Assembly (NCBI GenBank): GCA_963796105.1
Contig: CAWCKJ010000002.1
Span: 256,001 to 320,000 of the forward strand
Direction of reading: 5' to 3'
DNA from: a candidate division FCPU426 bacterium
GTDB lineage: Bacteria > Oederibacteriota > Muellerivitia > Muellerivitales > Muellerivitaceae
DNA length: 64,000 nt
Both the position numbers and the translations under genes were made by a program. Each line of letters opens with the position of its first letter. Position 1 is the stretch's first letter. The notes beneath the pieces were generated by a model. It ran no database searches and had not been told where the DNA came from. It was given only the letters and a program-made list of their open reading frames with translations. This document shows positions 28,049 through 37,007 of the stretch, one piece after another.

Positions 28049-29137
28049 ATGAAAGGAAAGATAAACCGGCGGCGTTCCTGGAATAGCCGGAATTTGATAA
28101 TTCGAGTTTCTGGATGGATAAGGGGAGCGTTTGATACATTCGGAAAATCCAGGATTAAACAAACTATTGGACTCTGTGTTTTGTTAACCGCCATTATCGC
28201 GGGTTTTTGTTTTCGGAAGAATTTCCACGTTCCCCGCCTAACGCCAATACCAGGAGAGGTTTGGACCCAAGCTGCCTCCTCCTCGGTTTTCACCGCCAGG
28301 TATTTTCAGTCCGGCGTTGTTTTTAACGATGCCATGTGGATTATCGGGGGAAACAACGGACACGAATTCCTGAATGACGTCTGGTCCTCCACGGATGGTA
28401 TTAACTGGAAGCTCGTCACGGGAGACGCGGTTTTTAACCCGAGATACTCGCACGCATCGGTGGTTTATGACGGGAAAATTTGGGTCATCGGAGGTTTTGA
28501 CCATGCGTTTAAAAACGATGTTTGGTCCTCCGCCGACGGGGCTCATTGGGCCCAGGTCACGCCCGAGGCGGCTTTCAGCCCGAGGGCGGCCATGTCCTGC
28601 GTGGTTTTTAACAACGCCATATACCTCATCGGAGGATATTCCAAGACGGCGGGTGGCGAAAAAAACGATGTTTGGACCTCTACCGACGGGGCTCATTGGT
28701 CGCCCGTTGTCATGGCGGCGCCTTTTCAGCCCCGGGATATCTTCAGCAGTGTGACCCTAAACGGCTCGATTTGGGTGATCACCGGGCTTCATACCGTTGG
28801 GAGCAGCGCTTCTGTTTATAACGACATATGGTCTTCCTCCAACGGAATCGATTGGGCGGAAGTAACAGACAAAGGGGAATTTTCTGGACGCTATGGGCAG
28901 ACATCAGTTGTTTTTAACGAAGCCCTTTGGGTGATCGGGGGGAATATCGGGCTATCGCCGTATCTCAACGATGTTTGGCGCTCGAAAGACGGCGCCCATT
29001 GGGACCCAATCACGACAAGGGCATCTTTCCCTGAAAGATATGCCCACACCAGTTTGGTTTTTAAAGGCAAAATGTGGGTTCTCGCCGGACTCTATTCCAA
29101 TTCCACGCCCTTGAACGACGTCTGGTACTCGCCTTAA
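28049..29137 (+). CDS. Membrane-anchored Kelch-like beta-propeller protein
   Basis: One TM helix, then six ~50 aa repeats of W.IGG....NDVWSS.DG..W...T..A.F..R. Start uncertain. Confidence 0.85.
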   Translation: MKGKINRRRSWNSRNLIIRVSGWIRGAFDTFGKSRIKQTIGLCVLLTAIIAGFCFRKNFHVPRLTPIPGEVWTQAASSSVFTARYFQSGVVFNDAMWIIGGNNGHEFLNDVWSSTDGINWKLVTGDAVFNPRYSHASVVYDGKIWVIGGFDHAFKNDVWSSADGAHWAQVTPEAAFSPRAAMSCVVFNNAIYLIGGYSKTAGGEKNDVWTSTDGAHWSPVVMAAPFQPRDIFSSVTLNGSIWVITGLHTVGSSASVYNDIWSSSNGIDWAEVTDKGEFSGRYGQTSVVFNEALWVIGGNIGLSPYLNDVWRSKDGAHWDPITTRASFPERYAHTSLVFKGKMWVLAGLYSNSTPLNDVWYSP

Positions 29138-29226
29138 ACAGGACGGCCAACATTCCGAAAGCCCTTTATTTTTGGCGCTTACACCCTTATCCTTTCACCC
29201 CCATTCTCTAAAAACCAAAGGACATC

Positions 29227-31071
29227 ATGGGAATTTTGCTGAGTTGTCAAAACATATCCAAAAGCTATGGTATCCGCCCGTTATTTGAGAACCTTTCCTT
29301 CGGACTTTTTGAGGGGGAACGGACGGGGCTCATTGGTCCCAACGGTGCCGGCAAGTCTACTTTACTCAAGATCCTCGCGGGGTTGGAACCGCCAGACAGC
29401 GGGCTTCTCTCCCTGCGCAAGGGACTAAGGGTCGGTTATCTTGCTCAAAAGGGTCTCGGGGATGGTTCCGTGGATAGTCTTGGTGTTCGGGAAACATTGG
29501 TGAAATCACTGGGCGGCCTGGGCTTGGAGGATTACGAGATCGATATTCGGGTGGAAGCCGGGCTCATGGACGCTGGATTTCGGGATCCCGAACAAAACGT
29601 CGGAAAACTTTCCGGAGGATGGCGCAAAAGACTGTCCATTTTAAGCCAAGTCCTTCGGGAGCCGGATCTTCTCCTGCTGGACGAGCCCACGAACCACCTG
29701 GACCTTGAGGGAGTCCTTTGGTTGGAGGGTTTCCTCGAAAAACTGGAGTTTCCGTTTCTGGTCGTGACCCATGACAGGCGTTTCCTGGAGAGGGTAACGG
29801 ACCGCGTGATTGAGCTCAACAAGCGTTACCCGGAAGGTTATTTATCAAGCCAGGGAAATTACAGTGAATTCCTCGAGAAGCGTTGGAACCTTTTCAACTC
29901 CCAGTCCAAGCGCGAGGACACTGTGGAAAACCTTATGCGGAGGGAAATCGAGTGGCTTCGACGAGGGCCCAAGGCCCGCCAGACCAAACAACAGGCGCGA
30001 ATCGACCGGGCCGGCGAGTTGATGGACGAACTGGACGATTTGAAATACCGCAATTCCCAGGGCAGAAGCGTTGATATCGATTTTTCGGGAAGCGGACGGC
30101 AGGCCAAGCGCCTTGTCGAGGCTTCCAAGGCATCCAAGACCCTCGGCGGTCGAAAGCTTTTCGGGGGGCTGGATTTATTACTGACTCCCGGGGACAAACT
30201 GGGGCTTTTGGGCGAGAACGGGAGCGGAAAAACCACCCTGCTGAAACTTTTAGCCGGTGAAATCCAGCCCGATTCCGGCACCGTCCGGCAGGCGGATTTA
30301 TTGCGGGTCGTGACCTTTGACCAGCACAGGGACCAGTTGGATTTAAGCCAAACCCTCCGCCAAGCCCTATGCGAGAAGGGAGACTACGTCTTCTACCGGG
30401 AAAGCCCCATCCATGTCGCCAGCTGGGCCACCCGGTTTCTCTTCGATAGGGACCAGCTCGACCGGCCCCTCAGCCGGTTCTCGGGTGGAGAGCAATCCAG
30501 GGTCCTCATCGCGCGCTTGATGTTAAAGCCCGCGGATCTCCTGCTTTTGGATGAGCCCACGAACGACTTGGATATTCCATCCCTGGAGGTCCTGGAACAG
30601 AGCCTTGTGGAATTTCCCGGGGCTTTGATACTAGTGACCCATGACCGTTATCTCCTCGACCGCGTGAGCGGCCAAATCCTGGCTTTCGACGGCAGGGGAA
30701 ATACGGAGTTTTTCGCGGATTTGTCCCAATGGGAAAATTTCAGGGAAAGGGAAATGTCAAAAGGGGCATTGAGGAAGGGGAAGAATTCCGGGCCTGATTT
30801 GCCTTCTTTTAACAAGGAATCCAAGAAGATTATGTCCTCCAAGGAACTTCGCGAGCTTAAGGAGATGGATGCAATGATTCTGTCCGCGGAGAAGGAACTT
30901 GAAGCCGCCAAAGGCAAGTTGGAGGATCTTTCCATTGCTTCGGATGCCGGTAAACTATTGGAGCAGCACAAAAAGATAGAGGATGCGCAATCCAAAGTGG
31001 AAGCGCTGTTCCGAAGATGGGAAGAATTGGAGGAAAAACGCAAAAACGAGGAAAAAGTTCAAGGCTTTTAG
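29227..31071 (+). CDS. uup: ABC-F family ATPase (Uup-like)
   Basis: Two NBDs (GPNGAGKS/LSGGW/LDEPTNHLD; GENGSGKT/FSGGE/LDEPTNDLD), linker EIEWLRRGPKAR.TK, C-terminal coiled coil RWEELE. Confidence 0.9.
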   Translation: MGILLSCQNISKSYGIRPLFENLSFGLFEGERTGLIGPNGAGKSTLLKILAGLEPPDSGLLSLRKGLRVGYLAQKGLGDGSVDSLGVRETLVKSLGGLGLEDYEIDIRVEAGLMDAGFRDPEQNVGKLSGGWRKRLSILSQVLREPDLLLLDEPTNHLDLEGVLWLEGFLEKLEFPFLVVTHDRRFLERVTDRVIELNKRYPEGYLSSQGNYSEFLEKRWNLFNSQSKREDTVENLMRREIEWLRRGPKARQTKQQARIDRAGELMDELDDLKYRNSQGRSVDIDFSGSGRQAKRLVEASKASKTLGGRKLFGGLDLLLTPGDKLGLLGENGSGKTTLLKLLAGEIQPDSGTVRQADLLRVVTFDQHRDQLDLSQTLRQALCEKGDYVFYRESPIHVASWATRFLFDRDQLDRPLSRFSGGEQSRVLIARLMLKPADLLLLDEPTNDLDIPSLEVLEQSLVEFPGALILVTHDRYLLDRVSGQILAFDGRGNTEFFADLSQWENFREREMSKGALRKGKNSGPDLPSFNKESKKIMSSKELRELKEMDAMILSAEKELEAAKGKLEDLSIASDAGKLLEQHKKIEDAQSKVEALFRRWEELEEKRKNEEKVQGF

Positions 31072-31271
31072 GCGCTCAAAGGGAATTATGAGGTGATAAA
31101 CGATTTCAGCCGCCTAGCACAAATCCGCAAAAAACACTTATTTAAAATCGTTTTATTAAAACAGGCCTGGGTCTTGTTCAATGAAAGAGTTAAAATCAGT
31201 AAGGATATTTGGAGTTTGCCGGCGGCCCACAGGGTCGTCCCTTGGCTGCCAATTGTGTTAGGAGGTCATCT

Positions 31272-31580
31272 GTGAAAGACTTTGAGAATTTCATGAATAA
31301 TTTATCGGATAAAGATTGGAGTTGGTGGCCTTTTTTATCCTTGAGGCCGGCAAAGAATCAATTAATGGATAATGCGTTCCTGGTGAAATTAACCGCGGTG
31401 TTTGGGACGATTATCGGATTGATGACCTTTGTCATCGTTAGTTTTATCGAGATTACTGTGGCCACGCTGAATGGTTCTGTCGTTATCATGACATTCTGCT
31501 GGTTCCTGTTTTTCTTCTTGTATAAATACACTTTCGCCCGTTATTGGAATATTCGGGCTTCCCGCCTGCAAGATAAATAG
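31272..31580 (+). CDS. Small membrane protein
   Basis: GGAGG RBS plus GTG; DKDWSWWPFLSLRP motif and two TM helices. Confidence 0.7.
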   Translation: MKDFENFMNNLSDKDWSWWPFLSLRPAKNQLMDNAFLVKLTAVFGTIIGLMTFVIVSFIEITVATLNGSVVIMTFCWFLFFFLYKYTFARYWNIRASRLQDK

Positions 31581-31602
31581 TAAACAAGATAAATATTTGA
31601 CA

Positions 31603-32007
31603 TTAAAGTCCTATGGCTTTTTTCCATTCGGGGGATGGCGGGATCAACCGCCGAGTGCGAAGGTCGAAAAACCCAAATGTCAGTTCCATCTCTGTTGCAA
31701 TAGTTCCGTCGTCCTTGATCATCTCCTGCCGGTAGTGGCTGAGCAACCCCTTGGCGCTCACCAGCTCGAAAGTTATCTTAATTTTCTCGCGGAGGGTGAT
31801 TTCTTTTTTGAATTTTACCCTTAAATTCAGGATGATCGGACCTTTTTGGAATTCCCGGACTTTATTCAGGCCATAGCCATTCTTGGTAATGAATTCCCAG
31901 CGGGCTTCTTCAAATAACATCAGGTATGCCGCGTTGTTAATATGGCCAAAGGTATCCAGGTGGGATTCCCTTATCGTCACTTCATAAAAGAATGGAGGGA
32001 TAGCCAA
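31603..32007 (-). CDS. Acyl-CoA thioesterase (4HBT/YbgC family)
   Basis: HLDTFGHINNAAYL.LFEEAR; TTG start inferred. Confidence 0.9.
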   Translation of the reverse strand: MAIPPFFYEVTIRESHLDTFGHINNAAYLMLFEEARWEFITKNGYGLNKVREFQKGPIILNLRVKFKKEITLREKIKITFELVSAKGLLSHYRQEMIKDDGTIATEMELTFGFFDLRTRRLIPPSPEWKKAIGL

Positions 32008-32032
32008 GTTTTCTTCCTTCTTAAATGAATGA

Positions 32033-32635
32033 TTATGATCCTGACGCCAACTTGGCTCCGAACTCATACACCTTTTTAAGCTCCTCACCCGGAAGCTCCG
32101 TGCGGGGTTTCATCCCTGACAACCCATACCTCAATTGTTTGATCACTTTGGCGCCTAGGGTCTTAGCGGTTTGTTTCAAGGTGTCGGAGGAGTGCGAAAA
32201 CAATATAGGTAATATGAAACCTGGAGCGGCTGAGGAAGTAAGCAGAATGGCCTTTCGGTTTTTTTTCCTGGACCTGAAAGAGGGGGCGGGTTTGTCCCAG
32301 GGCCAAAACCCGAGAGGGGCCAACCTTTCCAGGAATTTCTTGGTCATGGCTGTGGCTTGATAAAAATTAATAGGGGATGAAAGAACAAGAATATCACTGG
32401 ATAGGCACTCCTTGATCAGACCTTTCATGTCATCCACTTGAGCGCATTCCCCTGGTTCGTCACCGGGTTTTTGAGTGCAGGTCCGGCAATTGTTGCAAAA
32501 GCGGATGTCCTTTTCTCTGAGTGCCACGAAGAGAGTTTGCGCTCCTTTTGAAGACGCGCCCGCCAGCAGGGCCTTGGCGGCTTGCTCCGTGGGACCATCC
32601 GGACGATAACTTCCAGAAAGCGCGAGAATTTTCAT
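32033..32635 (-). CDS. Flavodoxin-fold iron-sulfur flavoprotein / FMN reductase family
   Basis: ILALSGS.R..G.T, C..C..C....GEC...DDM, LSSPINF. Confidence 0.88.
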   Translation of the reverse strand: MKILALSGSYRPDGPTEQAAKALLAGASSKGAQTLFVALREKDIRFCNNCRTCTQKPGDEPGECAQVDDMKGLIKECLSSDILVLSSPINFYQATAMTKKFLERLAPLGFWPWDKPAPSFRSRKKNRKAILLTSSAAPGFILPILFSHSSDTLKQTAKTLGAKVIKQLRYGLSGMKPRTELPGEELKKVYEFGAKLASGS

Positions 32636-33223
32636 GAAGGACTCTCCTTATATGAAAGGGGTTTAATATTTAAGCCATCTAAGATTCATTTTAAGGGGCT
32701 AAATATAGGCACGTAAAAACGATTTTGCCGGCCATTATTTTATGAGGTTAATTGAATTTTGAAAGGATTTTAAAACACCAAATGGGTTTTTTTCATTGTC
32801 GCGTTAGAAATACCGAATTTTATTACCCGCGATCACAAGATTCGAAGATTCATGCAGGCTTGATGCAAATCGTTTCAACATCCGGTTTCGGGTCATTCTC
32901 CGGAGGAAGGTGCGTTGAGAGGAACCCACGAAAACGTTTCGGCTTTTAAGCTCACTTGCAACCCTGTATCCTTCAGTCCTCATGTCAAATATGGTTGCGA
33001 ATTTTCTATGGCTAACCAGTTTTGGAAGGGCTATTTGGCAGGAATTGAATTGAAAATCCCTGTTTTTTTCCTTAAACTTGATTTACACCGTCGAAAGCAT
33101 CAGTGGCGGTGGGCCGTCTAGGCCGGGCATCTTCGATCGGCATCCCTGTAACAGGAACGCGGTGGAGGGATAGTCTCGGATGTGGACGGAAAGCAAAGAT
33201 GCGGAAAAGGAAGGGTTTGAAAG

Positions 33224-33427
33224 ATGCCTACCGGGCGAGTCAAGTGGTTCAATGCCGGAAAGGGATACGGGTTCATCGAACAGGAGGGCGGGGAAGATGT
33301 GTTCGTGCATTTTTCCGCGATCCAAGGGGATGGATTCAAAACCCTGACGGCGGGTCAAGAAGTGACGTTTGAGATTGTGCAGGGGGCCAAGGGCAAACAA
33401 GCCGCCAATGTCACAAAGGCTGGCTGA
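33224..33427 (+). CDS. cspA: Cold-shock protein
   Basis: [15 protein letters not shown] (RNP1), DVFVHFSAI (RNP2). Confidence 0.96.
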   Translation: MPTGRVKWFNAGKGYGFIEQEGGEDVFVHFSAIQGDGFKTLTAGQEVTFEIVQGAKGKQAANVTKAG

Positions 33428-33439
33428 ATCGACACCTTG

Positions 33440-33473
33440 AAAAAGGCTCCGGTTTATAACCGGGGCCTTTTTT
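33440..33473 (+). terminator. Intrinsic terminator
   Basis: AAAAAGGCTCCGGTT-TAT-AACCGGGGCCTTTTTT. Confidence 0.85.
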
Positions 33474-33632
33474 TATTTGGATCCAGTCTGTTTTTTCTTA
33501 ATGGGTTTTTGGGGAATTCCTTAGGTGTGGCGTTTTCCCCAAAGAAAAAACCCTTTTTTGTTTTACCCTGTGAACCCCGCCAACTCTATGGTTCAATATT
33601 CCTTGCTTTCCCAATAAAGCGTTAGGTGCGAC

Positions 33633-34382
33633 ATGGCAAAAAGAAAAAATATAGCAACCTTTGAGACTCTTTCTCCCGGGGGAACCAACACCGCGAAAAG
33701 CTTGGTGGATGTGTTGGCTTTCGGGGCACATCCCGACGATGTTGAAATCGCCATGGGTGGAACTCTTTTGTCCCTAAAGGCCCGTGGGGCCAAGGTGGTA
33801 GTCTGCCACTTAACGGATGGAGAGCCAACACCCTATGGAAATCACAAGACCCGATTAAAAGAAGCGGAAGCCGCCGCCAGGGTTCTTAAACTTGATGACT
33901 ATTTAATCCTGCCGTTGAAAAACCGCGAACTTCAGGACACCTTGCCTGCCCGCCGGAAAGTGGCCGAGGTCATTAGGTGTTATAGGCCGGGGATTATATT
34001 CGCCCCTTACTGGGTGGATGCCCATCCGGACCATTGGGGGGCTAGTGCATTGGTGCAATCCGCCCGTTTTTGGGCCAAGCTGGTAAAGACAGATATGAAA
34101 GGTGAACCCTGGTATCCCCCGAAGCTTTTTTATCATCTTTGCTCCCACTTGAGGCCGAACGTACAGCCGTCCTTCATCGTGAACACAACCTCGTACCACG
34201 AACAAAAACTCAGGGCAGTGGCCTGTTATGAAAGCCAGTTTATCAAAAAGCCTGGGAGCCGAGCCCTGGAATTCATAAATGTCTCCAACCGCTATTTTGG
34301 ATCGCTCGTCGGGGTTCAAATGGGGGAGCCGTTTTTTTCAAAGGAAAACCTGGGCATTGAGGATCCAAGACTTTTGATTTAA
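33633..34382 (+). CDS. bshB1: PIG-L family deacetylase, BshB1-like
   Basis: DVLAFGAHPDDVE, LTDGE, R..EA..AA..L, D.HPDH, CY.SQF. Confidence 0.8.
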   Translation: MAKRKNIATFETLSPGGTNTAKSLVDVLAFGAHPDDVEIAMGGTLLSLKARGAKVVVCHLTDGEPTPYGNHKTRLKEAEAAARVLKLDDYLILPLKNRELQDTLPARRKVAEVIRCYRPGIIFAPYWVDAHPDHWGASALVQSARFWAKLVKTDMKGEPWYPPKLFYHLCSHLRPNVQPSFIVNTTSYHEQKLRAVACYESQFIKKPGSRALEFINVSNRYFGSLVGVQMGEPFFSKENLGIEDPRLLI

Positions 34383-34424
34383 CTCTAATTCCGTAAAGGC
34401 GGGAAAAATATCTTTTCTGGAGCA

Positions 34425-35546
34425 GTGTTTATGCGACTTAATCGCGGCTGGTTTTTTTTAACCTTTTTTTTGTCCTTTGCGGGAATGGTCATTCCTTGTT
34501 TGGCCGCCAATTCAAATGAATATTTCAACGCGGGGTTGAATCTATACAATCAGAAGAATTACGCTCAGGCGATCCAATATTTCAATGCCGCTTTGTCCCT
34601 GGACCCGAACCTGTGGCAGGCATACCAAGGGATTGCGCAAAGCGAACTGGCCTTGGGCAAGAATGCTGAAGCCTTAAATGCCTGCGAGAAAAGCCTGGAA
34701 ATTCACCCGGACAATACCTTTTTGGTCAAGATGGACAACGAATTGAAACCCAAGGTGAACGGGCCCCTTGTGGTTCCCGCGGCGATTCCCACCATAGGGG
34801 GAAAATCCGTTGCGGTAGGTTCTGAATTCGCGCCCAGCTTTTGGTTTAAGGTTTCCGCCCTTTATGGTTACGCGACAGATAGCGATTTGAACAACGCGGT
34901 GGATGGTTGGAAACATGTCGCTGCCGATTACAGCGCGCACCAATTCGATAGTGCTGCGGGGACCATGGGTTTCGGTTTCCATCTTGAGTTGGGTCATCCC
35001 TTGGACCCTGAAAATTCCTTTTCATTGGGTTTGCTGGATGACTTCAGACCCGGTTTCACGGGTCATGCCACAGGTACTGGATGGGCTATCTCCGATATCA
35101 TTCAACCAACTATCTACGGTTTGGAATTAAGTTATTCCCATTTTTGGCCAGGGCGAAATTACCGGTATTTTGCTCAAGCAGGGGTGGGTTATTATTACGC
35201 CTCAGTTAAGATCAATGAAACTGCATCCGCGTCAGCTCCCACCACTTTTGAAAATCTTGCTGGTACCATCGGAAATGGTGACTTCGGGGCGTTTCTGGGC
35301 GGGGGTTATGAATTGGAGTTCTCGAATCCCTGGGGATTGGAAATTTCCGCATTTGCGCGGACTGCAACCATCAGCGCGATCACGGCTCCTCTCAATAACA
35401 GCACATATGGATTGGCACTTGATCCTAGGGGTTTAGTCCGAGCGGTGGATACCACCCTTATCGGACAGAATGGGTACCGCTTTGCGACAATCGATTTGAC
35501 GGGTTTTGATATCCATTTGGGTCTGGTCTATTACTTTTTCGAGTGA
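34425..35546 (+). CDS. Exported TPR protein with C-terminal beta-barrel-like domain
   Basis: Signal peptide, two to three TPRs, then amphipathic beta strands ending LGLVYYFFE. Confidence 0.75.
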   Translation: MFMRLNRGWFFLTFFLSFAGMVIPCLAANSNEYFNAGLNLYNQKNYAQAIQYFNAALSLDPNLWQAYQGIAQSELALGKNAEALNACEKSLEIHPDNTFLVKMDNELKPKVNGPLVVPAAIPTIGGKSVAVGSEFAPSFWFKVSALYGYATDSDLNNAVDGWKHVAADYSAHQFDSAAGTMGFGFHLELGHPLDPENSFSLGLLDDFRPGFTGHATGTGWAISDIIQPTIYGLELSYSHFWPGRNYRYFAQAGVGYYYASVKINETASASAPTTFENLAGTIGNGDFGAFLGGGYELEFSNPWGLEISAFARTATISAITAPLNNSTYGLALDPRGLVRAVDTTLIGQNGYRFATIDLTGFDIHLGLVYYFFE

Positions 35547-35602
35547 GGTTATTTGCGATTTTCCCATGAAAACAAGTTAGTATACGGTTGTATTCTTTTT
35601 CC

Positions 35603-35631
35603 TTGACGAATCATCTTCCGCCCTTTAGGAT
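35603..35631 (+). promoter_or_regulatory. Putative sigma-70 promoter of recA
   Basis: TTGACG, 17 bp spacer, TAGGAT. Confidence 0.55.
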
Positions 35632-35759
35632 AACCACGGTTTCAAGAATAAAAGGCGTTATCCACTAAAAACAATACTTTTTTAATATCAAACGAGTTGA
35701 AACTATAAACGCGAGTGTGCGGGCGAAACCGCGCGTTGTAGTGAAAAAAGGAGAATGAT

Positions 35760-36839
35760 ATGGCGTTGGACAAACAGAAGGAAAAAGCCCTGGATGTGGC
35801 GATTCTGCAGATCAAGAAGGATCATGGCGAAGGCGCCATCATGCGGTTGGGGGAATCCAAAGTACAGGATGTTAAAAGCATTTCCACCGGATCCATTGGA
35901 TTGGATATCGCGACTGGAATCGGGGGTGTTCCCCGTGGGAGAATCGTGGAAATTTTCGGCCCGGAATCTTCTGGAAAAACCACACTCACCCTTCATATTG
36001 TCGCGGAGGCACAGAAGGCCGGAGGAACTGCGGTTTTTATCGACGCTGAGCACGCCATGGACCCTGTTTACGCCAAGAAACTCGGCGTGAACGTCGAGGA
36101 ACTATTGATTTCTCAGCCCGATTCCGCCGAGGAAGCCTTGCAGATCGCCGACACCCTTATTCGCTCGGGCGCCATCGATGTGGTGGTCGTGGATTCGGTT
36201 GCGGCTCTGGCCCCGAGGGCTGAACTGGAAGGGGAAATGGGCGACGCCCACGTGGGCCTGCAGGCCCGCTTGATGAGCCAGGCCCTCCGAAAACTTACGG
36301 CGCTGCTTTCCAAGTCGAACACCTGCGCCATTTTCATCAACCAAATTCGCGAGAAAATCGGGGTCATGTTTGGCAATCCCGAGACGACGCCAGGGGGAAG
36401 GGCCCTGAAATTTTACGCTTCCATGAGACTGGATGTGAGGAGAGTGGAAAGCATCAAGGTGGGTGACGCGAATATCGGCAACAAGGTGAAGGCCAAGGTG
36501 GTCAAGAACAAGACAGCCCAACCGTTCAAAGAGGGGTTCTTTGATATCATTTTCGGGGAGGGCATCTCCAAGGAAGGTTCTCTTTTGGACACGGGAGTGG
36601 ATCTGGGAATCGTGGACAAGAGCGGTACCTGGCTTTCTTTCGGCGAGATCAGGATCGGACAAGGGCGCGAGGGCGCCAAAGCGTTCCTCAAGGAGCACCC
36701 GGAGGTTTACGCACAGATAGAGAGGAAGGTCAAGGAGAAAGTGGGATTGATTCCCGCCCCTGCGGCGCCTGAAAAGACTGATCCCAAAGCCGAAACGAAA
36801 AAAGAGCCGGAAAAACCAAAGGTGGCTTTGAAGAAATAA
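35760..36839 (+). CDS. recA: Recombinase A
   Basis: [55 protein letters not shown]. Confidence 0.99.
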   Translation: MALDKQKEKALDVAILQIKKDHGEGAIMRLGESKVQDVKSISTGSIGLDIATGIGGVPRGRIVEIFGPESSGKTTLTLHIVAEAQKAGGTAVFIDAEHAMDPVYAKKLGVNVEELLISQPDSAEEALQIADTLIRSGAIDVVVVDSVAALAPRAELEGEMGDAHVGLQARLMSQALRKLTALLSKSNTCAIFINQIREKIGVMFGNPETTPGGRALKFYASMRLDVRRVESIKVGDANIGNKVKAKVVKNKTAQPFKEGFFDIIFGEGISKEGSLLDTGVDLGIVDKSGTWLSFGEIRIGQGREGAKAFLKEHPEVYAQIERKVKEKVGLIPAPAAPEKTDPKAETKKEPEKPKVALKK

Positions 36840-36861
36840 CATTCCATATTTAAACTGAAAT

Positions 36862-36896
36862 ACAAAAAGGGAACGTTGAAAACGTTCCCTTTTTGT
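36862..36896 (+). terminator. Intrinsic terminator after recA
   Basis: ACAAAAAGGGAACGTT-GAA-AACGTTCCCTTTTTGT. Confidence 0.88.
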
Positions 36897-37007
36897 TTTC
36901 TGATCTTTTAAAGCACATATCTTTTGCACAGACTAGGGCATAACCGCTACCAAAAACCTGTCAATTGAATACAATAGGGGACATTCTTTTTACGGAGGTT
37001 GCGTCGA

